Of a stretch of 22,029 bases of DNA, positions 6,584-14,991 are shown one piece after another. The DNA lies in contig JBAXKK010000041.1 of assembly GCA_037137395.1 (NCBI GenBank), forward strand, positions 1-22,029, written 5' to 3'. The position numbers and the translations under genes were made by a program. Below the pieces are notes generated by a model, which ran no database searches, was not told the DNA's origin, and saw only the letters and a program-made list of their open reading frames with translations. This DNA is from Elusimicrobiota bacterium. GTDB taxonomy: Bacteria; Elusimicrobiota; Elusimicrobia; Elusimicrobiales; UBA9959. The first letter of the stretch is position 1. The number at the start of each line of letters is the position of its first letter.

Positions 6584-8869
6584 ATGGAGGATAAGCTTCC
6601 CAATTTTACTATTTTCCGACTATCCGGGTCCCCGTCCCTGAATGAGATAATCGGAAATTTTAGAAATTTCACCGAATTAGCGGCCCCTGTAACGCCTGTG
6701 CAGGCCGCTCCGTTAACTTTCTATACCATACCCGCTTATACCGAAAAAGGTCTTTCCGTCATGCCTGTTTTCACGGACCCCTGGCTGACAGGCCCGCCCT
6801 GCGTCTCAAAACCGCCGCTTCCCTTCCTGCAAATTCTCTTCAACGCTCCCGCGGCCGACATTTTCGCCTTCAATCCTCCGCACACCCGGGCCGCTGCCCC
6901 TGGCGCGGAAATACGCCTGGACAAAAAACAGCTTTCCATGGCAATCGGTTTTCTACAGACCTCCAAGCCTCTACCGGCCGGCGCGCAACTTGAAACGGCG
7001 CTAAAAACCGAAGCCGGCCTCGGCAATCTTCACCGCGCGAATTATATGCTTTACGCGCTTCTGGCCGAAGACCCGTCCCGCCCTCTAGGACTTTACGCGG
7101 AGACGCTCATCAACCTGGGACTCCTGCAAGACGCTTACGATTACGCAAAGACTTTTCAAACGCCTGAATTTTTTTACTACCGGGCGCGAATCCTGCGCCA
7201 TAACGGCGAACCCGCAAAAGCCCGGCAGTGGCTTGACAAAATACCGCGCGGCACGCCATGTGAGGATAAAAAACGGGTGGAGCTGGCATGGCTGTTACTT
7301 GAAGAAGGAAAAACGGACGAAGCCCTGACCGCCTTCCGTCCGCTCGCTCAGAATTCTTTTGAAAAAACAGCTGCTCTTTTCGGCACCGGCGCCGCGCTTA
7401 TGAAAAAAGCGGAAGCTGCACGCACCCCGGCCGAAATTAATGACAGCCTAGCCGCTTTCTTAGCGGCGCTTACAACTCCCTCCCCCTTGATACCTAAGAT
7501 ATTTTTTCATATGGGAAGCCTGCATTCCCGCACGGGAAATTTTGCCGAGGCCGAAACCTGCCACCGCAAGGCCGCGGCCCTCTGGCCGTCAACACAGTCA
7601 AAAATGAGTTTTGGCGTAGCGCTCATAAAAACCGGCAAATTCCAGGAAGCCGCGGCCCTGATAAACGATATAGCTCTCACCGATCAAACCTCGGCCGGGC
7701 GCCTGGCGGCGGAACTGCCCCGCAAGACTGCCGCGGAACTGTTGGAAGCATCACGGCAGCACCAGGACTCTCTCGCGCCCCGGGCGAAGCAGACCGGGGA
7801 CGGAACGGAACAATCGCCTCAGCCTACTGAAACTACGCCCGCGGCTTCACTTGAACCCGCCCAAACAATCAGCGCACGCACGTCACAGCGCCAAGAAACC
7901 GCTCCGCCTCAACCGGCTCCAGTCGCGAACCCTGAGCGGCGCTTTCAAACGGTGGAAATGGAATCGCTCATGGATGCAGCAAGCTCAATGCCGCTGCCCA
8001 CGGAAGAGGCGACAAGAAAGGATGACTTCATGGGAAGGGCTTTCAAGTTGGCCTCCGCCCTTGAAGAAGAATTTAATAAAAAAATACATTTTAATATGGA
8101 CGGCCTGACAGACGTGGAAAGAAAACTGCGGCTGACCTTTATTAAGGAACGACAAAACTCTCAGGAAGCCATAGAGGTCGTGAAAGATTGCTCTGCTTTT
8201 TTATGCTTTTTTCTGCAGGAAAGATATAAGGGCCGGCTCATAAAACTGACCGAATTCGACCACTGGGGCTGGCCGGTAGTCTTTGACGCCCCCAGGCACA
8301 TGGCGACCTACCCGATACAGCGCGCCTGGAAACTATTATGGAAAGGGAGTATTCCGGAACCGGGCTGGCTTACCAAATATGTGCAATATGTGGAAGACGA
8401 GCTTATGAGCGGAAAGACTGAAATACCGCAGGGTGCGGCTGCGGTTCAAGGCAGAATCCCCAGCCACCCGGAACGCCTGATAGACACGCAGACCGAACAC
8501 CGGCGCATAATAGTATTGACTTCCTCCCTTGAGGAAACGGCCGACATCGAACTTGGCTGGCCGGGGCTGGTAAAGCTGGAAACGGCCATTAAAGCGAACT
8601 TTAAGCCTGGCATCCCCCCCACCGCCGACGGCTGGAAGCTCCTGCGCTGCTACGGACACATCCTGGCTGAGACACTTATTAAGGAATTTAAGGCGTCATG
8701 GTATAACACAGAGGGTAACGACGGACTCTGGTCCATGCAGCTCCCATGGAAAACGTTCATTTTCCCCATCGGGAAAGTCTATAAAGCCGTGTCCAACCGG
8801 GAAAGCCTCAGCGAGTATTTTGACATCCTGCTGGCGGAAAAGCTTCGCGTCTCCGGCGGGGCAAAGTAG
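6584..8869 (+). CDS. Multidomain hypothetical protein: SseB-like N-terminus, TPRs, Pro/Gln/Thr linker, tandem C-terminal domains
   Basis: 761-aa ORF. MPVFTD...FNP resembles SseB, TPR-like helices follow (HMGSLHSRTGNFAEAETCHRKAAALWP), then a low-complexity linker and two similar C-terminal units. Confidence 0.75.
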   Translation: MEDKLPNFTIFRLSGSPSLNEIIGNFRNFTELAAPVTPVQAAPLTFYTIPAYTEKGLSVMPVFTDPWLTGPPCVSKPPLPFLQILFNAPAADIFAFNPPHTRAAAPGAEIRLDKKQLSMAIGFLQTSKPLPAGAQLETALKTEAGLGNLHRANYMLYALLAEDPSRPLGLYAETLINLGLLQDAYDYAKTFQTPEFFYYRARILRHNGEPAKARQWLDKIPRGTPCEDKKRVELAWLLLEEGKTDEALTAFRPLAQNSFEKTAALFGTGAALMKKAEAARTPAEINDSLAAFLAALTTPSPLIPKIFFHMGSLHSRTGNFAEAETCHRKAAALWPSTQSKMSFGVALIKTGKFQEAAALINDIALTDQTSAGRLAAELPRKTAAELLEASRQHQDSLAPRAKQTGDGTEQSPQPTETTPAASLEPAQTISARTSQRQETAPPQPAPVANPERRFQTVEMESLMDAASSMPLPTEEATRKDDFMGRAFKLASALEEEFNKKIHFNMDGLTDVERKLRLTFIKERQNSQEAIEVVKDCSAFLCFFLQERYKGRLIKLTEFDHWGWPVVFDAPRHMATYPIQRAWKLLWKGSIPEPGWLTKYVQYVEDELMSGKTEIPQGAAAVQGRIPSHPERLIDTQTEHRRIIVLTSSLEETADIELGWPGLVKLETAIKANFKPGIPPTADGWKLLRCYGHILAETLIKEFKASWYNTEGNDGLWSMQLPWKTFIFPIGKVYKAVSNRESLSEYFDILLAEKLRVSGGAK

Positions 8870-8876
8870 GTTGAGA

Positions 8877-8905
8877 TTGATTTTTATAATGATTCTTTAT
8901 AAACT
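8877..8905 (+). promoter_or_regulatory. Possible sigma70 promoter for the protease gene
   Basis: TTGATT, 17-nt spacer, TAAACT in an AT-rich intergenic region. Confidence 0.35.
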
Positions 8906-8955
8906 TTAGACAGGCTTAAAAATTATCAGACCGGGCTTCGTAAAATGGAGCGTAT

Positions 8956-10332
8956 ATGAAGAAAACAGCACTGATCGCCGCCGCACTGCTCTGCCCGCAA
9001 CTCCTCCACGCCGATTTCAAACTTACATCAGTCACCGCCAGCGATGTAAAAGATATTATCCAGACCGTTCCAGCCGGACCTAAAACTCCCTCTCAAAGAG
9101 AATCAAAAGACTGGACGATTATGGTCTTCATGAACGGCAAAAGCAACATAGAGCCGTTCGCCCTGAACGATATAAACCGCTTTGAGACCGTAGGATCCGG
9201 AGAAAAAATCAACATCGTGGTGGAGCTGGGCCGATCAAAGGGATTGGAGAACGACACGACAACTGACGGGGACTGGGCGGGAGTGCGCCGCTACCTTATA
9301 ACCAGGGACACGGACAAAGAACACATTACCTCACCCGTATTAATGGACTTGGGGAACCCGGACATGGGAGACTATAAGGAAGCGGTCTCTTTCGTAAAGT
9401 GGGCTAAGACAAATTATCCGGCCAAACATTACATGCTGATTATATGGGATCACGGCTGGGGCTGGATAGACCCTAAAAAACCCGGCGAGAACCTGCTGGA
9501 CGAAAATAAATCTATTTCGCACGATTTTGTCAGCGGGAACTATATCAAAACCACGGATCTTGGCAAGATTTTTAAAGAGGCCGGCCGGGTGAACCTCTAC
9601 GCCTCCATGGCCTGCTTCATGCAGATGGCCGAAGTGGCCTATGAATTAAAAGACGGAGCCGACATCATAGTCGGCGCCGAGGAAGTAGTCCAGCTGCCGA
9701 GCTTTAATTTTGAGGACTTTTTCACGCTGATGCTCGCCAACCCAGAAGTTTCCGCGGCGCAAGCCGGCACGTACCTTGTTGATACATTTAAAGAGATGTA
9801 TTCCCGCCCGGAATATGCCGACTTGCTGGAAAAAGGCAAATACGGCACGCAGCTTTCAGCCGTCAGGGCGGACAAACTGGCAGCTTTCGCCCAAAAAACC
9901 GGAAACTGGTCCACGCTAGCCATTAAGGTCAATGATGCCGCGGCCTACAGGAAAGCCAAGACCGAAGTGGTGAGGTTTGAAGTCGGCGACGAGGTTACCG
10001 ACCCTGACAAGCAAATTTCTTTTTACGCCGATCTCGCCCACTTCGTGGAGTTGGTCAACGCCAACCTGGACGCAGCGAGACCCGGAGCAGATGAGCTCAA
10101 AGCCGCCGGGACTGACCTCAGCGAATATATCTCCGGACAACTGGTAGTGAAAAATGTTCATCTGGGCCGTGACCGCACCGGTAAAGACTATTCCAACACG
10201 CATGGCATAGCGATACACCTCCCGGGCAAGCCCGGCAATCTCATAGAATATTATTCGACCTACTCCAGGCTGGCTTTTGAAAAAGTCTCCAACTGGTCCA
10301 GATTTATAACTTACCTGGAGAAAATAAATTAA
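8956..10332 (+). CDS. Exported clostripain-family (C11) cysteine peptidase
   Basis: Signal peptide, WTIMVFM, DMGD..FVKWAKTNYPAKHYMLIIWDHGWGW (His166) and ACFMQMAEVAYEL (Cys220). Confidence 0.9.
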   Translation: MKKTALIAAALLCPQLLHADFKLTSVTASDVKDIIQTVPAGPKTPSQRESKDWTIMVFMNGKSNIEPFALNDINRFETVGSGEKINIVVELGRSKGLENDTTTDGDWAGVRRYLITRDTDKEHITSPVLMDLGNPDMGDYKEAVSFVKWAKTNYPAKHYMLIIWDHGWGWIDPKKPGENLLDENKSISHDFVSGNYIKTTDLGKIFKEAGRVNLYASMACFMQMAEVAYELKDGADIIVGAEEVVQLPSFNFEDFFTLMLANPEVSAAQAGTYLVDTFKEMYSRPEYADLLEKGKYGTQLSAVRADKLAAFAQKTGNWSTLAIKVNDAAAYRKAKTEVVRFEVGDEVTDPDKQISFYADLAHFVELVNANLDAARPGADELKAAGTDLSEYISGQLVVKNVHLGRDRTGKDYSNTHGIAIHLPGKPGNLIEYYSTYSRLAFEKVSNWSRFITYLEKIN

Positions 10333-10363
10333 AAGCGTGGCAAAGGAATCACGCTCGGAGAAC

Positions 10364-10404
10364 TCCCTGTTTCTACACCCTGTCCCCTGACCCCTATACC
10401 CTTC
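10364..10404. repeat. C-rich heptamer array (NCCCTNN), STRR-like
   Basis: ACCCTGT CCCCTGA CCCCTAT ACCCTTC (10377-10404), preceded by TCCCTGT (10364-10370). Confidence 0.75.
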
Positions 10405-10408
10405 CATT

Positions 10409-11239
10409 ATGTCCAGCAGCCCAGAGCGACCCTGCGAAGCGGACTCTAGTTTCAGGCCCGCTTTTTTATTTCTGAAACCTAAACAGCGCCGGGCGCTTTC
10501 CGCTTTTTACGGCTATGCCAGGACGGTGGACGATATTGCTGACGACGGCTCCGTTCCGTTTCAAAAAAAACAAGCGGCCCTGTCCGCCTGGCGAAACAGA
10601 CTTGAGGAGCTATTCTCCGGAGCCGGGCCTCGCGGACGGCTTGAAGAAGAGTTGGTCTGGGCGGCCGACGCTTTCTCCATGCGCAAGGAGAACTTCCTTC
10701 TCGTACTGGAAGGAATGGAAATGGACACGCGGAAAACAGAATACGCTTCATTTGACGAACTGAAATTATACATGTACCGTGTTGCATCCGCCGTCGGCAT
10801 GTCAGCCCTGGAGATATTCGGCTGGAGCGGAGCCAACGCCCGCGCCTACGCGGAAAACCTCGGCTACGCGGTACAGCTCACAAATATTATACGGGATGTT
10901 TTCGAGGACGCCGGCGCAGGCCGGACATATATCCCTCTCGATGATCTGAAGAGATTCGACTGTAATCCGGCGTCCTTCCAAAATTCCGTTTATCCAAATA
11001 ATTTTATAGAATTAATGAAGTTTGAGGCTGCGCGGGCACGCGAGTTTTACGCCAGGGCGCGGGAATTGGCCGAGGGCCCGGATAAAGACAGGCTTTTCAG
11101 TGCATTTATTATGGGCCAACTCTATTCCGATTTATTGGACAAAATAGAGTCCCGGGGATTCAGGACTGCGGGCCCCCGCATACGCATGAATTTATTTGAA
11201 AAGCTCAGGGCGGTATACAGAGCCTGGCGCAATTGTTAG
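10409..11239 (+). CDS. Squalene/phytoene synthase family protein (HpnD/CrtB-like)
   Basis: SSF..AFLFL, DDIADD, YMYRVASAVG and QLTNIIRDVFED..GRTYIP head-to-head prenyl synthase motifs. Confidence 0.9.
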   Translation: MSSSPERPCEADSSFRPAFLFLKPKQRRALSAFYGYARTVDDIADDGSVPFQKKQAALSAWRNRLEELFSGAGPRGRLEEELVWAADAFSMRKENFLLVLEGMEMDTRKTEYASFDELKLYMYRVASAVGMSALEIFGWSGANARAYAENLGYAVQLTNIIRDVFEDAGAGRTYIPLDDLKRFDCNPASFQNSVYPNNFIELMKFEAARAREFYARARELAEGPDKDRLFSAFIMGQLYSDLLDKIESRGFRTAGPRIRMNLFEKLRAVYRAWRNC

Positions 11240-11249
11240 ATGCGCCACA

Positions 11250-11388
11250 AGCGCGGCAGAGCGGCAGCGGGACAGCGCGTCGGAGCCGCCGAGTTACAAG
11301 ACACGAGAAAACCTCTAAGAGAATCTGTCATCCCTTAGCAATTTGCCAACAGAACTGCCGTACTGTCTTGCTGCCGTTCTGCCGCGCT
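11250..11388 (+). repeat. Octamer-period inverted repeat (34-bp arms)
   Basis: Arms at 11250-11283 and 11355-11388 give 27 Watson-Crick pairs, 5 G-U pairs and 2 mismatches. Units include GCGCGGCA, GAGCGGCA and GCGGGACA. Confidence 0.85.
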
Positions 11389-11398
11389 GACGATAACA

Positions 11399-11423
11399 GC
11401 AAAAGGAGCAGCACTCCTTTTGC
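11399..11423. other. Perfect 10-bp hairpin just upstream of the dcd RBS
   Basis: GCAAAAGGAG-CAGCA-CTCCTTTTGC. Confidence 0.7.
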
Positions 11424-11438
11424 CGGGAGATTATTGAT

Positions 11439-11999
11439 ATGCTGAAATCAGATTCTTGGATACGGAAGATGTGCCTTAAAGAAAAAATGATCTCGCCTTT
11501 CGTCGAGAAACTTAACGCCAGGAATAAGGTCTCATACGGCCTTTCCTCCTATGGCTACGACATACGCGTATCAGATGAGTACAAGGTTTTCACCGATGTT
11601 CATAACTGTCTTGTGGATCCCAAGAACTTCAGTCCCAAATCTTTCGTGAATCTTAATGCACCCTATTGCATAGTGCCCGCGCATTCTTTCGCACTGGCCC
11701 GCTCGGTAGAATATTTCAAGATCCCGCGCAACGTTATCGGACTGTGCATAGGCAAGAGCACTTACGCCCGCTGCGGCATAGTGGTAAATATCACCCCGTT
11801 GGAGCCGGAGTGGGAAGGACATCTGACCCTTGAGATATCCAACACCACACCCCTGCCGGCCAAGATATATTCAAACGAAGGTATCGCGCAGCTGATTTTT
11901 TTGGAATCCGATCAGGTATGCGAAATCTCGTACAAGGATAGAAAAGGGAAGTACCAATCCCAGCGAGGCGTTACCCTGCCGAGGATATATAAAAAATAA
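11439..11999 (+). CDS. dcd: dCTP deaminase
   Basis: [35 protein letters not shown] and Y..RKGKYQ motifs. Confidence 0.97.
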   Translation: MLKSDSWIRKMCLKEKMISPFVEKLNARNKVSYGLSSYGYDIRVSDEYKVFTDVHNCLVDPKNFSPKSFVNLNAPYCIVPAHSFALARSVEYFKIPRNVIGLCIGKSTYARCGIVVNITPLEPEWEGHLTLEISNTTPLPAKIYSNEGIAQLIFLESDQVCEISYKDRKGKYQSQRGVTLPRIYKK

Positions 12000-13984
12000 T
12001 GCGCATTAAAATCCATATCGCGTGCGTCCTGCTACTTGCCCCCCCTCTGACAAATCAAGGCTGGGGCGCGGCGGAAGACGCGCCGGCACTGCGGGAGGCC
12101 GCCGGATATTATCAGCTCGGCTCCACCGGCAAAGCACTTGACGTCTGCATTACAGCTCTGAATAAAAACCCCGCTGATAAGAATCTATACTCTTACGCTC
12201 TGGAAATATTACCCGAAGGGCCTTCAACACACGCCGCGGCCCTGCGCGAAATAACAGACAAGGCCTACGCCAATAAAACTGACGAGTATATTTATTACCT
12301 TGGCTTTTGCAAATTGTTCAGGGGCGCCGGACAGCTTCCGCAAGCCCTGTCCAACTGCAAAAAAGCCAGAGCGCTGGACCCCACTTCCTGGACGGTATAC
12401 CGGGAGCTCGGCCTGACCTACTCCGCGAGCGGAGACGGAGCAAGGGCCGTCGCGACGCTGACTCAGGGAGCGGAGCTTTCCCAGGACAATTATAAAGCCT
12501 ACTATTACCTTGCAGACGAACACGAGCGGCTTAAGAATGACACGGACGCCCTAGAAAATTACCGCAAGTCACTGAGCCTGATAAGAACCGCGAATGATCC
12601 CGCCGCTCAGATTTATTCCGGCCTGATTCAGGGGAAAATAAAAATGCTGGCCGCTAAGCCGGCCAAAAAACCGGCGCCGGCTAAAACCCCCGCTAAGCCG
12701 GTAGAAAGCGGCGCGTCGGAAAAACTTTTCAAGGCCTGCGAGAATGATGCCGAAAACCTTAAAAAAAGCGGCGATACTATCAAAATTGAAAACAAACTGG
12801 CGGACTGTTCGGCGCTGGCGCCGCGGAATCCGCAGATAAAAATAAATCGGGCCGCATACCTGCTGCGCCTCGGAAAATACACCGTGGCAATTGAAGAATA
12901 CCAGAAAGCAGCCGCCTTACTCGGGGGGAGCGATCCAATGACGGCCTTCTGCCACCTGAAGATCGCCCAGACCTACTTCAAGCTGAACGATATAACCAAG
13001 GCCGTCCAGCATTACACCAAAGCCCTTGAAATAAACAAGAACGATCTTAACGCCATGCTCGGACTGGCAGAGGCCTGCGAAGCCAAGGCCGACCTCAAGA
13101 CAGCCGGCGACCTCTACGCACGGATCTTGAAAGCCGAACCGGGCAACACGAAAGCGCGGGAACACCTGGATAAGATAAATTTTAATCTTCTTTCCAATAG
13201 CCAGTTGCTGGACGAACTGCGGGATCGCGGAGAGGCTGATGATAAAAAAACCGCCGCTTCTCCTGATGATCTCAAGCTCCTCAGCGCCATACATCGCGCC
13301 GAGCGCAACGGAGCCGTGGATTATCTGCGCGCCAAGACCATTTACACCAACGGCCTTTTCTTGGAGAAACAGGAAAAACACAGCGTCAGACTCATGCTGA
13401 CACTGGCCGGTTTTAAGAGTTACCAAGGCTACCTGACCCGCGACGCCATCATTTTTTTTGAAAAAAAGGGCATAACGCTGCGGGATATATTCACACTGCG
13501 AGACCTGAAGGGGCTCCCTGTTTTTGATCCTGGCGGACGCCTGACCGGGGAAGGCATGCAGGCTTACTGGCTGGCAGTCACCGGCGAAAAGACCTGGCTT
13601 ATGCATTATGAGGCCGTTGCGACTCCGGAAGAGGAAAAGCTCACCGCCGAGGCCGAGAAGTTGATGAGCGCCGGCTTCAGGGAAATATCGGAGTCTGAAT
13701 ATCTGTGGCTGATGAAGGCAACCGATTGCCCCGACGATATTCTCCGCTCAGCGCCATGCGATATAAGACTTCTGAAAATGCAACGGAGCGTCAAGTATTT
13801 CCTATGCTACTTCCCTCCCCCCACCTGCTCGGCCGAGGCCTCCACGCTGTCCACCTATATAGAGCGCTACCGGGCCAGCGACTCCGGGATTTCTGAGTTG
13901 ACCAGGAGCACGGATTTTTTCGGCTCGGGCGGGGTCGCGAAAAAACGCTTCTGCAACCAGGGAAAAATCTGGAACGGAGAATAA
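11999..13984 (+). CDS. Exported TPR protein with an uncharacterised C-terminal domain
   Basis: 661-aa ORF with a signal-like N-terminus and two TPR clusters separated by a Lys/Pro/Ala linker. Its start overlaps the dcd stop (TAATG). Confidence 0.82.
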   Translation: MRIKIHIACVLLLAPPLTNQGWGAAEDAPALREAAGYYQLGSTGKALDVCITALNKNPADKNLYSYALEILPEGPSTHAAALREITDKAYANKTDEYIYYLGFCKLFRGAGQLPQALSNCKKARALDPTSWTVYRELGLTYSASGDGARAVATLTQGAELSQDNYKAYYYLADEHERLKNDTDALENYRKSLSLIRTANDPAAQIYSGLIQGKIKMLAAKPAKKPAPAKTPAKPVESGASEKLFKACENDAENLKKSGDTIKIENKLADCSALAPRNPQIKINRAAYLLRLGKYTVAIEEYQKAAALLGGSDPMTAFCHLKIAQTYFKLNDITKAVQHYTKALEINKNDLNAMLGLAEACEAKADLKTAGDLYARILKAEPGNTKAREHLDKINFNLLSNSQLLDELRDRGEADDKKTAASPDDLKLLSAIHRAERNGAVDYLRAKTIYTNGLFLEKQEKHSVRLMLTLAGFKSYQGYLTRDAIIFFEKKGITLRDIFTLRDLKGLPVFDPGGRLTGEGMQAYWLAVTGEKTWLMHYEAVATPEEEKLTAEAEKLMSAGFREISESEYLWLMKATDCPDDILRSAPCDIRLLKMQRSVKYFLCYFPPPTCSAEASTLSTYIERYRASDSGISELTRSTDFFGSGGVAKKRFCNQGKIWNGE

Positions 13985-13987
13985 AAG

Positions 13988-14016
13988 TTTACATAAAGCG
14001 GAAAAATTGTTACAAT
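13988..14016 (+). promoter_or_regulatory. sigma70 promoter of rplM-rpsI with extended -10
   Basis: TTTACA, 17-nt spacer ending TGT, TACAAT. Confidence 0.75.
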
Positions 14017-14024
14017 TGTGTACT

Positions 14025-14474
14025 ATGATACAAAAAACAACTTTGCCCAGTGCTAAAGAAGTGGACACAACCAGGAAATGGCATTATTTCGATGCCACGG
14101 AGCAGATCCTCGGCAGGCTCGCCTCAAAGATCGCCATTCTGCTTATCGGCAAACATAAGCGGACTTACACTCCCACCATGGACGGCGGGGATTTCGTAGT
14201 GGTCACGAATGTCGCCAAGGTGAAAGTTACCGGCAACAAGGAAGAGGATAAATTTTACTTCCGCCACTCCGGTTACGCCGCCGGCGCGAAAACCATTCCC
14301 TATAAGAGACAGATGGAAAAGGACCCCACCAAGGTTCTTGAGCTCGCCGTCAAACGAATGCTTGACTCAAACAAACTGCGCCACGGCCGCATGAAGAGGC
14401 TCAAAATGTTCGTGGGTGAGCAGGACCAGTACGGGACTAAAAACGACAGAAAAGCGTCAGTAATAAAAGGATAA
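14025..14474 (+). CDS. rplM: 50S ribosomal protein L13
   Basis: RKWHYFDA..LGRLAS.IA..L.GKHK..YTP..DGGDFVVV, YFRHSGY and AVKRML motifs. Start set at ATG 14025 because the TTG at 14007 lies inside the promoter. Confidence 0.97.
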   Translation: MIQKTTLPSAKEVDTTRKWHYFDATEQILGRLASKIAILLIGKHKRTYTPTMDGGDFVVVTNVAKVKVTGNKEEDKFYFRHSGYAAGAKTIPYKRQMEKDPTKVLELAVKRMLDSNKLRHGRMKRLKMFVGEQDQYGTKNDRKASVIKG

Positions 14475-14478
14475 TTTT

Positions 14479-14874
14479 ATGGATAAAAACATTATAACGG
14501 CGACAGGCAGACGGAAAACTTCCGTGGCCCAGGTAAAACTGGTCCAGGGCGGAGAAGGCAAAGTAACCGTCAACACAAAAACACCGGAAGTTTATTTCGG
14601 CAACAATCCTCGCCTGAGATATGTCATCACTTCCCCTTTTGATCTGGCCAAAGACCAGAAATTTGACTGTATAGCCAAAGTTAACGGCGGCGGACTCGCC
14701 AGTCAGGCCGGCGCTATACGTCACGGCGTTGCCCGGGCCATCGCCAGCCTCGGGGACAGTTTTCATTCATCCATGAAGAAAGCCGGCTTCCTGACCAGAG
14801 ACCCCAGAATGGTGGAAAGAAAGAAGCCCGGCCAGCCGAAGGCCAGAAAGAGATTCCAGTTCTCAAAGCGTTAA
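14479..14874 (+). CDS. rpsI: 30S ribosomal protein S9
   Basis: TGRRKTSVA, GGGLASQAGAIRHG and LTRDPRMVERKKPGQPKARKRFQFSKR motifs. Confidence 0.98.
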   Translation: MDKNIITATGRRKTSVAQVKLVQGGEGKVTVNTKTPEVYFGNNPRLRYVITSPFDLAKDQKFDCIAKVNGGGLASQAGAIRHGVARAIASLGDSFHSSMKKAGFLTRDPRMVERKKPGQPKARKRFQFSKR

Positions 14875-14895
14875 TTTACGCTTCGAAGTATCACG

Positions 14896-14932
14896 AACGC
14901 GGGAAGGAAAAACCTTCCCGCGTTTTTTATTT
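14896..14932 (+). terminator. Intrinsic terminator of rplM-rpsI
   Basis: AACGCGGGAAGG-AAAAA-CCTTCCCGCGTT followed by TTTTATTT. Confidence 0.92.
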
Positions 14933-14991
14933 GTCACCCTGAAATTTAGTAGGATGTAGTAGCGCTTGCGACTAATACCCAAAGGGACACC

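Noticed and set aside
14007..14024. TTG start extension of rplM
   Set aside because: It overlaps the predicted -10 box, so it would not be transcribed from this promoter.
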